Virus record (IMG/VR): IMGVR_UViG_3300032253_000001
Location: 1-46,750 of that record
Length of the DNA: 46,750 nucleotides
Source: a virus
Taxonomy: Duplodnaviria; Caudoviricetes
Strand: one strand, 5' to 3'
Each line of letters begins with the position of its first letter. Positions within the stretch are counted from its first letter, which is position 1. The position numbers were made by a program, and so were the translations under genes. The notes beneath the pieces were generated by a model, which searched no databases, was not told the origin of the DNA, and was given only the letters and a program-made list of their open reading frames with translations. Positions 1 to 8,660 of this stretch are shown one piece after another.

Positions 1-127
1 CCCACTCCTCTGGCTGACACGGAGACAGGCATGATAACCGACATCGAGCAGCAGCTCTGCTTTATCGACAGCGAGACGCGCCGGATCCCCGACGCCACCA
101 TCGACGACGTCACCAAGGTCGGTGGCT
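1..127. repeat. 127-bp direct repeat, identical to 46624-46750 (circular assembly overlap)
   Basis: CCCACTCCTC...GGTGGCT is present at both ends. It cuts through the 5' end of the polymerase gene, and 127 is a common assembler k-mer size. Confidence 0.93.
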
Positions 128-1248
128 ACCGCTACGCCCGGCAGGCCATGGCCACCATCTGGTCCGCCGCCATCGGCAGCGAGGAGGCGTGGGCTGTGGA
201 GACGGACGAGGACGCCCGCGCTCCCATCCGCTGGGCGCAGATGCCGGGCGAGGTGTACCGCTTTCACGAGCGTGTAATGGACGGCGACGCGTGGTACGGC
301 GCGTGGAACGCGGCCTTCGACCGCCTGATCTGGAACAGCCCGCAGAGCGACTTTCCACCCACAAAGCCCGAGCACTGGATCGATGTCATGGCGCAGGCCG
401 CCGCCTCGAACCTGCCCGGCAAGCTGGCGCACGCGGCCAAGTTCGTGGGCTGCACGCAGAAGCTGGAGACGGGCAACAAGCTGATCGGCCTCTTCGAGCC
501 CCCGAACGGGGCCACGCCCGCCTCCCGGCCCGACGACTGGGAGGAGTTTGTCGAGTACGCCTGCCTCGACGTAGAGGCCATGCGCGACGTCTACCTCGCC
601 ACCCGGCCCCTCGGCCTGAGCGAGTGGGAAGCCTACTGGGCCAGCGAGCGCATCAACGACCGTGGCGTGCCCGTGGATCTGCACACCTGTGCCCGGGCCG
701 CCATCCTGAATGACGAGGCCGTGTACGTGATGAACGAGCGCATCCGCGAGGTGACGGGGGGCCGGGTTGACAAGGTCACGGGCGTCTACAAGCTGAAGGC
801 GTGGCTGCTGGACGAGATCGCGGACGGCAACGTCCTGAAGATGCTGACGGAGAAGCGGGAGCTGCTGCACGAGGACGGCAGCCTGAAGCGTGCCGCCAAG
901 TACAGCACGGAGAGGGCGCGGCTGGAGCAGGCCGTGGCCTACTACGACAGCTGGGACGACCTGACGGAGATCGAGAGCGACCTGCGCGAGGTCATGGAGC
1001 TGCGCATCCACGGTGGATCCACCACCCCCGCCAAGTTTCGCACGATCCTGAACCTCGCCGACGATGACGGCAACCTGAAGGGGCAGTACGTCACCAATGG
1101 CGCGGGTCAGACGGGGCGCTTCAGTTCCCGGGGCGTGCAGACGCACAACCTCACGCGCTCGCATCTGGGCGAGCTGGAGGAGGAGGCCCTGATCTATCTG
1201 GGGGATCTGGACGACCCCCGCTGCGACACCCTGACGAGGAGAGATTGA
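31..1248 (+). CDS. Family A DNA polymerase, N-terminal half (3'-5' exonuclease + thumb region)
   Basis: ExoI FIDSET, ExoII WNAAFD, ExoIII YACLD, ERINDRGVPVD and QTGRFSSRGVQTHNL are present. The ORF stops before motif A. SD GGAG upstream. Confidence 0.9.
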   Translation: MITDIEQQLCFIDSETRRIPDATIDDVTKVGGYRYARQAMATIWSAAIGSEEAWAVETDEDARAPIRWAQMPGEVYRFHERVMDGDAWYGAWNAAFDRLIWNSPQSDFPPTKPEHWIDVMAQAAASNLPGKLAHAAKFVGCTQKLETGNKLIGLFEPPNGATPASRPDDWEEFVEYACLDVEAMRDVYLATRPLGLSEWEAYWASERINDRGVPVDLHTCARAAILNDEAVYVMNERIREVTGGRVDKVTGVYKLKAWLLDEIADGNVLKMLTEKRELLHEDGSLKRAAKYSTERARLEQAVAYYDSWDDLTEIESDLREVMELRIHGGSTTPAKFRTILNLADDDGNLKGQYVTNGAGQTGRFSSRGVQTHNLTRSHLGELEEEALIYLGDLDDPRCDTLTRRD

Positions 1249-1856
1249 TGGCACACGCGGAAGACATCACGGATAAACTGCGAAAATCTGATTGGTATGT
1301 GGCAGATGCACCTCTTGCCGAAGGCCAGAAAATGGTCAGAGAACACCATTACGCAAAAGGTGGGTCGAACACGTGCGTCTACATGCACGGCCTGTACAAC
1401 AGGGCGACAGGTAAATTGCAGGGAGTGGCGTGGTGGCTCCCCCCTACCCGCGTCGCTTGTGAAAGCGTTAATAAAGAGGAGTGGCGGAAAGTTCTGTCCC
1501 TGACCCGGTTCGTTCTATTGCCCGGAACGCCCAAAAACGCGGCGTCGTTTCTGCTATCCAGATCAGTAAAAATGATACGGCGAGAGGGTAGGTTTGTGTC
1601 GCTAGTTACCTACGCTGACGACGCGATGGGCCACACAGGCCACATATACAAAGTGTCGGGGTGGAGCTTTGCAGGTAAAACAGGCCCTTACCCTAGGTGG
1701 GAGGATAGCGATGGACGGCAAATAGCCGTGAAATCCACCAAAAACCGCCGAAAGGATGAGATGTTAGCCCTTGGCTACGCTAAGGTAGGCTCATTCTATA
1801 AGTACAAGTTTGTCAAGCACTTAGGTAAACCGCCTATGAAAGGGGTACTGACATGA
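1248..1856 (+). CDS. Mom-like (GNAT-fold) DNA adenine modification protein
   Basis: EHHY, LTRFVL..GTPKNAASFLLSRS and TYADDAMGHTGHIYKVSGW match the Mu Mom family pattern. ATG overlaps the pol stop (TGATG). Visibly lower GC than flanking genes. Confidence 0.75.
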   Translation: MAHAEDITDKLRKSDWYVADAPLAEGQKMVREHHYAKGGSNTCVYMHGLYNRATGKLQGVAWWLPPTRVACESVNKEEWRKVLSLTRFVLLPGTPKNAASFLLSRSVKMIRREGRFVSLVTYADDAMGHTGHIYKVSGWSFAGKTGPYPRWEDSDGRQIAVKSTKNRRKDEMLALGYAKVGSFYKYKFVKHLGKPPMKGVLT

Positions 1857-2278
1857 TCCACGAATACACTGAATACAACATGAGCCGGCTGATCGCGGGC
1901 CTGAGCAAGTACATCCTGACGGAGGCCAACTACGATGAGCTGAACCAGCTGAATGCCCGCTTCCTCGACGCCCTGAAGACGTTGGACCAGCCGGATCGGT
2001 ATCGCTCGTGGAGCCGGCTGATGAGTGTCTGGGCCGAGGTGCCCTGCGTGCGCATCGGGGCCGCCCCGCACCCCAAGACCTTCCCTCGCGTCTTCACGCG
2101 GACGAACGAAAGCGTGCACGTCGTGGCGGCGGAGGCCCCCGGCGGCGGCGACGCCATATTCCTGCGCGACGCCAACGACACCCCCGGATCCACCATGCTG
2201 GTGGCGACCACACAGAGGGAGGCGGATTGGCTGATATATGCTATCAAGGCGATCAAAATCCACCTTCCGCAGGAGTAG
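1853..2278 (+). CDS. hypothetical protein
   Basis: ATGA-coupled to the previous gene; phage-like codon usage. Confidence 0.7.
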   Translation: MIHEYTEYNMSRLIAGLSKYILTEANYDELNQLNARFLDALKTLDQPDRYRSWSRLMSVWAEVPCVRIGAAPHPKTFPRVFTRTNESVHVVAAEAPGGGDAIFLRDANDTPGSTMLVATTQREADWLIYAIKAIKIHLPQE

Positions 2279-2282
2279 ACCA

Positions 2283-2531
2283 ATGAGCCGAGCGAACATC
2301 ACCAGCCTCCGCCTACGCCCCACGGGCGCGATCCGCGTCGTCGTCGCTGACCAGTTCGAGCGCAACGTCTGGGGGCGCGACGACGCCACCATGGACGAGG
2401 CCACGGCCCTGTCGTGGCTGGCGGGGGAGATCGGCGTGGACGACCCCGCCGACTTCAGCACTATGCTGAAGGATGATCTGATGGCCGCCATCAGCGCCAT
2501 CTTCGCCTACACGCCCGGCGACGAGAGCTGA
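2283..2531 (+). CDS. hypothetical protein (82 aa)
   Basis: SD AGGAG before ATG 2283; stop overlaps the helicase start. Confidence 0.65.
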   Translation: MSRANITSLRLRPTGAIRVVVADQFERNVWGRDDATMDEATALSWLAGEIGVDDPADFSTMLKDDLMAAISAIFAYTPGDES

Positions 2532-3910
2532 TGCTCGGCCCCGCCGATCTCCACGGATACCAAGACCGCTCGATCACGGAGATATACGAGCGCGGCAGCG
2601 TCATGGGCATCGTGCCCATGGGCGGCGGCAAGACGACGTCCTACCTGACAGCCGCGCGTGAGCTGCAGAGGGACGGCGTCACGAGGGGCGGGATCATTCT
2701 CGCCCCCAAGGCCGTGGCTGCGGGCGTCTGGCGGCAGGAGGTGGCCAAGTGGTCGCATCTCTCCGACATGGAAGTTGTGCTGGTGGCGGGCAGCCCCGCC
2801 CAGCGTACGAAGCTCCTGAACAGCGCCGCCAGCCTGCACGTTGTGGGCATCGACAACACGCAGTGGCTGGTGGAGCAGATGGCCGACTGGTCAGCCGACG
2901 ACCCCCGCCTCGACACGCTGGGTATCGACGAGATCAGCCGCTATAAGAACCCCATGGGCAAGCGTAGCCGCGCCCTTGTCCTGACTGCGGATCGCTTCGA
3001 CAACAGGGTCGGCCTGACGGGCACGCCCATGCCCAACAGCGAGGCGGATCTCTACATGCCCGCCCGCCTGATCAGTCGCAAGCTGGTCTGGCCAGAAGCC
3101 TTCCTGAACTGGCGGATGAGATACTTCTTCCCCGACGACGTCTACACGCAGCTGAGCTGGTCGATCCGCGAGGACTACAAGCAGCAGATCCACGACGACG
3201 CCGCGCGCTTCAGCTTCACCGTGTCGCCAGACGAACTGCCGCCCACGCCCGAGCTGCGCACCGTCGAACACTGGGTGGAGATGCCGGGTCGGGCCATGGA
3301 TGTCTACCGCGACATGATGCGCCATCTCGTGGCCGAGGCGGGGGGCGACGTCGTGGAGGCCCTCAACCGCGCCGTGGCCAGCGGTAAGCTGGACCAGATC
3401 GCGCAGGGCTTCATTTACAAGGACGGCGAGACGCTGGAGATCCTGCACGACGCCAAGCTGCGCAAGCTGGCGGATCTTGTGGGCGGACTGGGTGGCGAGC
3501 AGGCCCTGATCACCTACTGGTTTCAAGAAGATCTCACCCAGATCCGCGACCTGCTGGGGGCCGATCTGCCCGTACTGGGCAGCAACACCAGCGAGGCGGA
3601 GACGGAGGCCTATATCGAGCACTGGAATACCGGCCGCATCCCCCTCATGGCCGTGCATCCGGCCAGCGCCGGGCACGGACTGAACCTGCAGGAGAGCAGC
3701 GCGGGGCAGATCATTCACTACTGCCCTACGTGGTCGGCGGAGCTGTACGATCAGGTCAACGCCCGCCTCGTGCGGCAGGGCAACAAGGCCGAGACCGTCA
3801 TGAACCACCTGATCCTTGCAGAGGGGACCACGGACAGCCTGAAACGCGACCGCGTGCGGGGCAAGCAGCTGCGGCAGGCAGATTTCATCGCGCACGTAAG
3901 GGAGATGTGA
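2531..3910 (+). CDS. SNF2-family (SF2) helicase
   Basis: PMGGGKT (Walker A), IDEIS (Walker B), LTGTP, SAGHGLNLQ, QVNARLVRQG. Confidence 0.92.
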   Translation: MLGPADLHGYQDRSITEIYERGSVMGIVPMGGGKTTSYLTAARELQRDGVTRGGIILAPKAVAAGVWRQEVAKWSHLSDMEVVLVAGSPAQRTKLLNSAASLHVVGIDNTQWLVEQMADWSADDPRLDTLGIDEISRYKNPMGKRSRALVLTADRFDNRVGLTGTPMPNSEADLYMPARLISRKLVWPEAFLNWRMRYFFPDDVYTQLSWSIREDYKQQIHDDAARFSFTVSPDELPPTPELRTVEHWVEMPGRAMDVYRDMMRHLVAEAGGDVVEALNRAVASGKLDQIAQGFIYKDGETLEILHDAKLRKLADLVGGLGGEQALITYWFQEDLTQIRDLLGADLPVLGSNTSEAETEAYIEHWNTGRIPLMAVHPASAGHGLNLQESSAGQIIHYCPTWSAELYDQVNARLVRQGNKAETVMNHLILAEGTTDSLKRDRVRGKQLRQADFIAHVREM

Positions 3911-3915
3911 GCAAG

Positions 3916-3942
3916 AAAAACCCGCCAACCGAAGTTGACGGG
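3916..3942 (-). terminator. Probable intrinsic terminator of the late (minus-strand) operon
   Basis: AAAAA-CCCGCCAAC-CGAA-GTTGACGGG hairpin at the convergence of helicase and lysis genes. Confidence 0.55.
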
Positions 3943-4116
3943 AGAGTTTGGTCATCCGGGCAGATGATTTAAGCGGTGCGTAACACCTAGTCTACACGGA
4001 CCTTTCCTTCTTGAAAACCGGGAACCGCCCGGCGCGGATTACGTTGCGGGATCGACGCACACGCCCCGAACCACTGTAGGTTCAAGGCCGCGAAAATGAT
4101 CACACTTAGCATGGCC

Positions 4117-4341
4117 TCATTCTCCCTCTACGTCACCAACGCATTCGCGATCCCATGTCGCATTTGTTTGAAAATCGCGGCGTAGGTTCCACGGTGCAAA
4201 TTCTGCGCGCCAGTCGATCTCGGGCTGACTGAACCGCCGGGGCTCCTCCACATCACAGAAGAATGCGCCTTCAATTGCCGACGTCACCGGCGGGGGGATC
4301 GCGCAGCCAGTGAGGAGGAACGCGGTCACTAAGAAGTTCAT
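4117..4341 (-). CDS. o-spanin (Rz1-like lipoprotein)
   Basis: MNFLVTAFLLTG-C lipobox followed by a Pro-rich stretch; overlaps the 3' end of the Rz-like gene. Confidence 0.7.
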   Translation of the reverse strand: MNFLVTAFLLTGCAIPPPVTSAIEGAFFCDVEEPRRFSQPEIDWRAEFAPWNLRRDFQTNATWDRECVGDVEGE

Positions 4342-4567
4342 CGGGGATCTGATCAATTTCAAGGTCACTTGCGGTGTCCTCCCTTATGTCCAGCAACCGA
4401 ACGGCGCAGTTTTGCAACTCGCCCCTGATCGTCTGTAGGCTTGTCAGAGCGGCGTCTCGGTCTCTCAGGGCGCGCTGGGTCTGCCCGTCCTTGATCGCCC
4501 CGTAGCCAACACCCAGAGCGGCTATAGCGGCTCCGAGTAGGACGGTCTTTAGGCCCAGCCCGAACAT
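4271..4567 (-). CDS. i-spanin (Rz-like)
   Basis: N-terminal TM helix then coiled-coil; directly downstream of the lysozyme. Confidence 0.7.
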   Translation of the reverse strand: MFGLGLKTVLLGAAIAALGVGYGAIKDGQTQRALRDRDAALTSLQTIRGELQNCAVRLLDIREDTASDLEIDQIPDELLSDRVPPHWLRDPPAGDVGN

Positions 4568-5157
4568 CAGCCTAGCCCCATCATGCAAAGAGCCACTTCA
4601 TCGGCTCGACGATCTACAAGGCCGCGCCAGACACGTCCACCCGCTCGGTTCCACCACCCTATGGCGTTACACCCGCCGCGAATATCACCGGCATTGAGGC
4701 GGCGCGTAGCCGTTGACCGGCCTGCCCCCGCGATCCCAACATTGTAGGCCAGCGATGAATAGGCGGCGTCGCGCCATGGCGTTAGTCGGTCGGCTCTGGT
4801 CTCTTCCGAGAAATAGTCATGCAGCCCGTCGCGATACCGGCGCAGGTTTTGCCCAAGCTGCGCCCGACAATCCTCAATCGTGCGCAATTCGTTTGGGGCC
4901 ACGTTGTTGGTGTCGCCATAGCAGATAGTCCAGACATCCGGCTCCGCAATGGTATCAAGATAGGCCCGCGCGCAGATACCTTCCGCGCTCTGGTCGCAGG
5001 CAACGGTCGGGCCTGTGCCCTCCCATCGCGATACCAGTGGCACCAGAACCTCAACAGTCTGGTCCCACGTCGGCGTGCCCGTTGCGGGCGGCTCGCCCTG
5101 CGGGGCGACAGACATTGCGCCAGCGGAAACAACCGCGAGGATGAGGAGCCATCTCAT
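4567..5157 (-). CDS. GH24 lysozyme endolysin with N-terminal signal/hydrophobic segment
   Basis: WEG...AYLDTIAEPDVWTICYGDT, AYNVG, GLVDRRADE; hydrophobic N-terminus MRWLLILAVVSAGA. Confidence 0.9.
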   Translation of the reverse strand: MRWLLILAVVSAGAMSVAPQGEPPATGTPTWDQTVEVLVPLVSRWEGTGPTVACDQSAEGICARAYLDTIAEPDVWTICYGDTNNVAPNELRTIEDCRAQLGQNLRRYRDGLHDYFSEETRADRLTPWRDAAYSSLAYNVGIAGAGRSTATRRLNAGDIRGGCNAIGWWNRAGGRVWRGLVDRRADEVALCMMGLG

Positions 5158-5369
5158 GCGTCGCCTATGCCTTGGTCAACAAGACGACCAAGCGCGCCGT
5201 AGATCAGCAGCACAAGGCCGACAGTGCCGGTCAAATACGGACTGACGATGTCGAACCCGGCCACCCGAAACCAGATTTCAGGCAACGTCAAAACAGCAAT
5301 CCCAAGCCATGTTGCGCGCATCGAATGGGATTTCAACGCAATGGCTTTCCAGTTCTTGACAAGTTTCAC
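5154..5369 (-). CDS. putative holin
   Basis: 71 aa with two hydrophobic segments; MKLVKNWK..LKSHSM start; immediately upstream of the endolysin. Confidence 0.7.
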   Translation of the reverse strand: MKLVKNWKAIALKSHSMRATWLGIAVLTLPEIWFRVAGFDIVSPYLTGTVGLVLLIYGALGRLVDQGIGDA

Positions 5370-5665
5370 GGTAACCCACCTCCATTGTGGTTGCGAAACA
5401 GACCGAGAATTTCGGTCCTCATTTCGATTTGCTCTTCCCGAAATGCCTTTTGGTCCGTTCTGATCTCCTCAATCATCGCACGATCCGCAGATCGCTCCTT
5501 ATCACGGTGCCGGATCTCCACTTGCGTCAATTCGATTTGCTTCTGGTTTGTGAACACCCTACGGACTAGCCACCCGACACCGCTAAGTATACCGGCAAGG
5601 GTGGCTACAATAATCCCGCTCGATGCCTGCTCGATGCGATCTAAGAGAAGAGCGAAAAAATTCAT
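5366..5665 (-). CDS. membrane protein (TM + coiled coil), possible holin/antiholin
   Basis: Likely start MNFFALL at 5665; TM segment GIIVATLAGILSGVGWLV. Confidence 0.6.
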   Translation of the reverse strand: MNFFALLLDRIEQASSGIIVATLAGILSGVGWLVRRVFTNQKQIELTQVEIRHRDKERSADRAMIEEIRTDQKAFREEQIEMRTEILGLFRNHNGGGLP

Positions 5666-5676
5666 GCCACTACCCC

Positions 5677-6006
5677 TTACGCAATATCGTCTTTTACGAT
5701 CACAGTAATATATCCCGTGTTGGGAAAGGTCTCGACGCTGCCGTCGGAGTACGTCACCTCGAACTCGGCCTCGTACTTGCCCGCCGTGTCCGTGTCCGTC
5801 GCCAGCCAACCATAGGCCACGACGCCGCCGCTGGCGTCTGTGACGGATCCGGCGGCATCCACCTTCGTGGTGCCGTCCGCTTTGCTGCGCATGTGGAACT
5901 GAACGGAGGCCCCCGTCAGCGTGACGACGTCGCCATCCGCGTCTCTCAGCGTGGCGCTGATCGCAGGTCCGGTGTCGTTCCGCTTGACCCAGAAGATATC
6001 CGACAT
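5677..6006 (-). CDS. BppU-like Ig-fold virion protein
   Basis: KRNDTGP...LTGASVQF...G.V.Y.W...[23 protein letters not shown] pattern. Confidence 0.7.
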   Translation of the reverse strand: MSDIFWVKRNDTGPAISATLRDADGDVVTLTGASVQFHMRSKADGTTKVDAAGSVTDASGGVVAYGWLATDTDTAGKYEAEFEVTYSDGSVETFPNTGYITVIVKDDIA

Positions 6007-6057
6007 GTGTGCGCTCCTTGGGTGGACCATACCAAAACAGACGCCATGCGTCCATCG

Positions 6058-6840
6058 CTACGCCATCTCCACCACGTTGCTGGTTTCATTCACTTCTACG
6101 CTGTTCTGCGCGTCGTCGATCTCGACCATGTTGTGGGGTCGGGTCAGCCGGGCGCTGTTGATACTCTTACTGACGTCGGGATACCGGAGCGCCGACGTAT
6201 CCAGACCCGTCGCCAGTATGGCGGGCAGAGAGGGTGTGCCTGATGCCGTCTTCGTAATCGCGCCCGTGCCACTGGCCGTGACCGCTGGCAGAGAGGGTGT
6301 GCCCGAGGCCGTGTTGATGACCTCGCCTACGCCACTGGCCGTGACTGCTGGCAGAGAGGGTGTGCCCGAGGCCGTCTGCGTAATCGCGCCCGTACCGCTA
6401 ACTGTGATCGCTGGCAGAGAGGGTGTGCCCGAGGCCGTGTTGATGACCTCGCCCACGCTACTGGCCGTGGCTGCTGGCAGAGAGGGTGCACCCGAGGCCG
6501 TCCGCGTGACCTCGCCTACGCCACTGGCCGTGACTGCTGGCAGAGAGGGTGTGCCCGAGGCCGCGTTGAGGCTCTCGCCCACGCCACTGGCCGTGACTGC
6601 TGGCAGAGAGGGTGCGCCCGAGGCCGTCTTCGTAATCGCGCCCGTACCGCTGGATGTGATCGCTGGCAGAGAGGGTGTGCCCGAAGCCGTGTTGATGACC
6701 TCGCCCACGCCACTGGCCGTTACTGCTGGCAGAGAGGGTGTGCCCGAGGCGGTATAAAGGTCGTAGCTTTCGTCGCCAAGAACCTGCCCGCTTTCGTCCA
6801 GTAGAACATTGCTGCTCTGGTCAAGCAGACGATTGGTCAT
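6058..6840 (-). CDS. virion/tail protein built from 21-aa tandem repeats
   Basis: About 9 copies of TASGTPSLPA(V/I)TASG(V/T)G(E/A)xxx. Confidence 0.8.
   Translation of the reverse strand: MTNRLLDQSSNVLLDESGQVLGDESYDLYTASGTPSLPAVTASGVGEVINTASGTPSLPAITSSGTGAITKTASGAPSLPAVTASGVGESLNAASGTPSLPAVTASGVGEVTRTASGAPSLPAATASSVGEVINTASGTPSLPAITVSGTGAITQTASGTPSLPAVTASGVGEVINTASGTPSLPAVTASGTGAITKTASGTPSLPAILATGLDTSALRYPDVSKSINSARLTRPHNMVEIDDAQNSVEVNETSNVVEMA
6205..6753. repeat. 63-bp coding tandem repeat, 8 full copies and 1 partial
   Basis: GCAGAGAGGGTG(T/C)GCCCGAGGC recurs every 63 nt. Confidence 0.9.
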
Positions 6841-6848
6841 GGTCTACC

Positions 6849-7238
6849 TCACCCGTCCCAGCCGAACAGCGCATCAATCTGCCCATCGGTTACGCTCGTA
6901 GCGACTTGAACAGCCTTAAGTAGCGGCGCATCCCGGCGGATTTCAGTTACCGCAGCCCATTCGATTTTTGCCTCTGCCGCCCGATCCGCCGTCATGCCGG
7001 TGAGCGCCTTGTCGAAAGACGCGGGCCACTCACCTTTGGCTGCGATAACTGCGTCATCCGCGCTGAGTAGACCGGCACGGAAGCAGGCGAGGCAGAAATT
7101 TCTGCGGCTAAGTGCGGCATTTCCTCGCCATCTACCCAATCGACCTGCCTCATACTCTGCGCGTTCGGCCTCTATGCGCGCAACTTCTTCATCTGGCAGT
7201 GGAACCATTTTCCCGTTGACCATCTTCTCCATCGTCAC
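6849..7238 (-). CDS. tail-fibre-associated/chaperone-like protein
   Basis: Follows the fibre gene; C-terminal W..VTEIRRDAPLL...QIDALF pattern. Confidence 0.6.
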   Translation of the reverse strand: MTMEKMVNGKMVPLPDEEVARIEAERAEYEAGRLGRWRGNAALSRRNFCLACFRAGLLSADDAVIAAKGEWPASFDKALTGMTADRAAEAKIEWAAVTEIRRDAPLLKAVQVATSVTDGQIDALFGWDG

Positions 7239-8077
7239 ACTCCTTTTGCGTAGCCGTAAAGGACGTATTTTCCAGAGGCGATATTACCTGAAGAGAAATA
7301 AAGTTGGATAGCGTCAACATCTCGGTCCGCGTTTGTTGTCCCAATAGTCCGATGACTGACATGCCTGTTAGAGTAGTCTCTGGTCCACGTAAGTCCACTG
7401 ATTACGAACTCGCCGCCTCCGTGCGGGTGCATGATATCCAGCACTGCGGTTAACCCATTGTTAACCGTGTCAAGGTTATAGGCTTCGTTGCTGATTTCAA
7501 TTGATGTCGATGCAGCAAAACTTGAAACAGCCGTGCTATCTACATAACCTCGGAGAAGGGTCTCATAGGCACTAGCCGATGAAATGAAGGTGGCCCCGCC
7601 ATCTATTGAAACCCGAGCTCTCAAGTCGCCATCGGCGGCTGGAATGCAGTTATACAAACACAGCTCAAACCTATCGTAAAGGGTTTCATCAAGGGTCAAC
7701 TCAAGGGTGGCGGCGCTGGCCAGTGTGCCGAAGGACACAACCGAAACCGTACCGCCTCCTCCGGCTGCCCATGAGGGCAACCCGGAAGCGACCGTCAGAA
7801 CGTCGTCTGTGGAGCCAACCGCAAGCCGGGCAAAAGCGCCGCCCGCCGTTCGGTAGTAAATATCCCCCGTGGCATCGGAAGCAACGTTGATGGCAGGACT
7901 GGTCAGGGTCTTGTTGGTGAGCGTCTCCGTCCGCGTCCTGAACAAGTCAGCGATGGCCGATAGCAAGAAGTTATTGGTCTCGCCCCCGGCATCATTGGTT
8001 GTGTTCGAAACATCTGTCCCGACGACCTTATCGTTGATCGCCGGGGTGACGTTGCCGTATGAACTGATCTTGGCCAT
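7235..8077 (-). CDS. tail fibre / receptor-binding protein
   Basis: TETLTNKTLTSP, GDIYY..RLAVG..DVLTVASGLPSW; C-terminal DAIQLYFSSGNIASGKYVLYG; lower-GC distal half. Confidence 0.75.
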   Translation of the reverse strand: MAKISSYGNVTPAINDKVVGTDVSNTTNDAGGETNNFLLSAIADLFRTRTETLTNKTLTSPAINVASDATGDIYYRTAGGAFARLAVGSTDDVLTVASGLPSWAAGGGGTVSVVSFGTLASAATLELTLDETLYDRFELCLYNCIPAADGDLRARVSIDGGATFISSASAYETLLRGYVDSTAVSSFAASTSIEISNEAYNLDTVNNGLTAVLDIMHPHGGGEFVISGLTWTRDYSNRHVSHRTIGTTNADRDVDAIQLYFSSGNIASGKYVLYGYAKGV

Positions 8078-8087
8078 GAGTTACCTA

Positions 8088-8477
8088 TCAGGATGCGGGC
8101 ATCGTTACCGTGAAAGATGTAATCGCCACAGTGTCGCCTGCGCCAATGGCGACGGACGAAATGTTCAGATCGGCCCCGGACGTAGCCACGGTACCCTGAA
8201 GCACGGCGGCACCATTACTGTCGAAGATGGTGAAGAAGCCAGCCGTACCACCCGTCGCGTTGGTGTCGTTCGTGATGGCCGAGGCTGTGGCGACACCGGC
8301 TGCGGCTGCGCCGAAGGCGGGATCCGAGAACGTACAGGTGGCGACCTCGTTGGTTCCCGCTACGGTGGAGGCGGCGGACTTCAGTTCGATGGTGCCCGCT
8401 CCGGCCCCGGCATCGACGAGATCTACGACCCCGTTGCAAGCCGCGTTCCGTGCGTTGGCGGTGAGAGTGATGGCCAT
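8088..8477 (-). CDS. virion structural protein
   Basis: Ala/Gly/Thr-rich beta protein (DPAFGAAAAG, GTAGFF, GADLNISS); SD AGGAG. Confidence 0.7.
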   Translation of the reverse strand: MAITLTANARNAACNGVVDLVDAGAGAGTIELKSAASTVAGTNEVATCTFSDPAFGAAAAGVATASAITNDTNATGGTAGFFTIFDSNGAAVLQGTVATSGADLNISSVAIGAGDTVAITSFTVTMPAS

Positions 8478-8478
8478 A

Positions 8479-8631
8479 TCAGGCTCCTTTGTCCAGACCG
8501 AGGTAAGCCTTGTCCACGGGGGTCAGCGCCGCCACAACCTCGGGCGGCAATTTCGACGGATCGTCCACCTTGGGGCGACCCTCTGCGTCACGTACAAGCG
8601 CGAAGACGCGGATTTCGGGTTGCGGTCCCAT
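8479..8631 (-). CDS. small hypothetical protein (50 aa)
   Basis: SD AAGGAG before ATG 8631; fills the gap in the operon. Confidence 0.5.
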   Translation of the reverse strand: MGPQPEIRVFALVRDAEGRPKVDDPSKLPPEVVAALTPVDKAYLGLDKGA

Positions 8632-8660
8632 CTCAGTATTTCTCCTTTTGTGCGTGCATC

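Noticed and set aside
1225-1235. Invertase site shared with ~41198-41208
   Set aside because: Only GACACC is exact (9/11 overall), which is compatible with chance, and no recombinase gene is present.
1180-1248. Split intein or intron joining the polymerase halves
   Set aside because: There is no intein N-fragment at the end of the N-half and no HN/C fragment at the start of the C-half. I recognised no group I/II intron core. The only intein is internal and complete.
6849-8077. Diversity-generating retroelement targeting the tail fibre
   Set aside because: I saw no reverse transcriptase and no TR/VR repeat pair.
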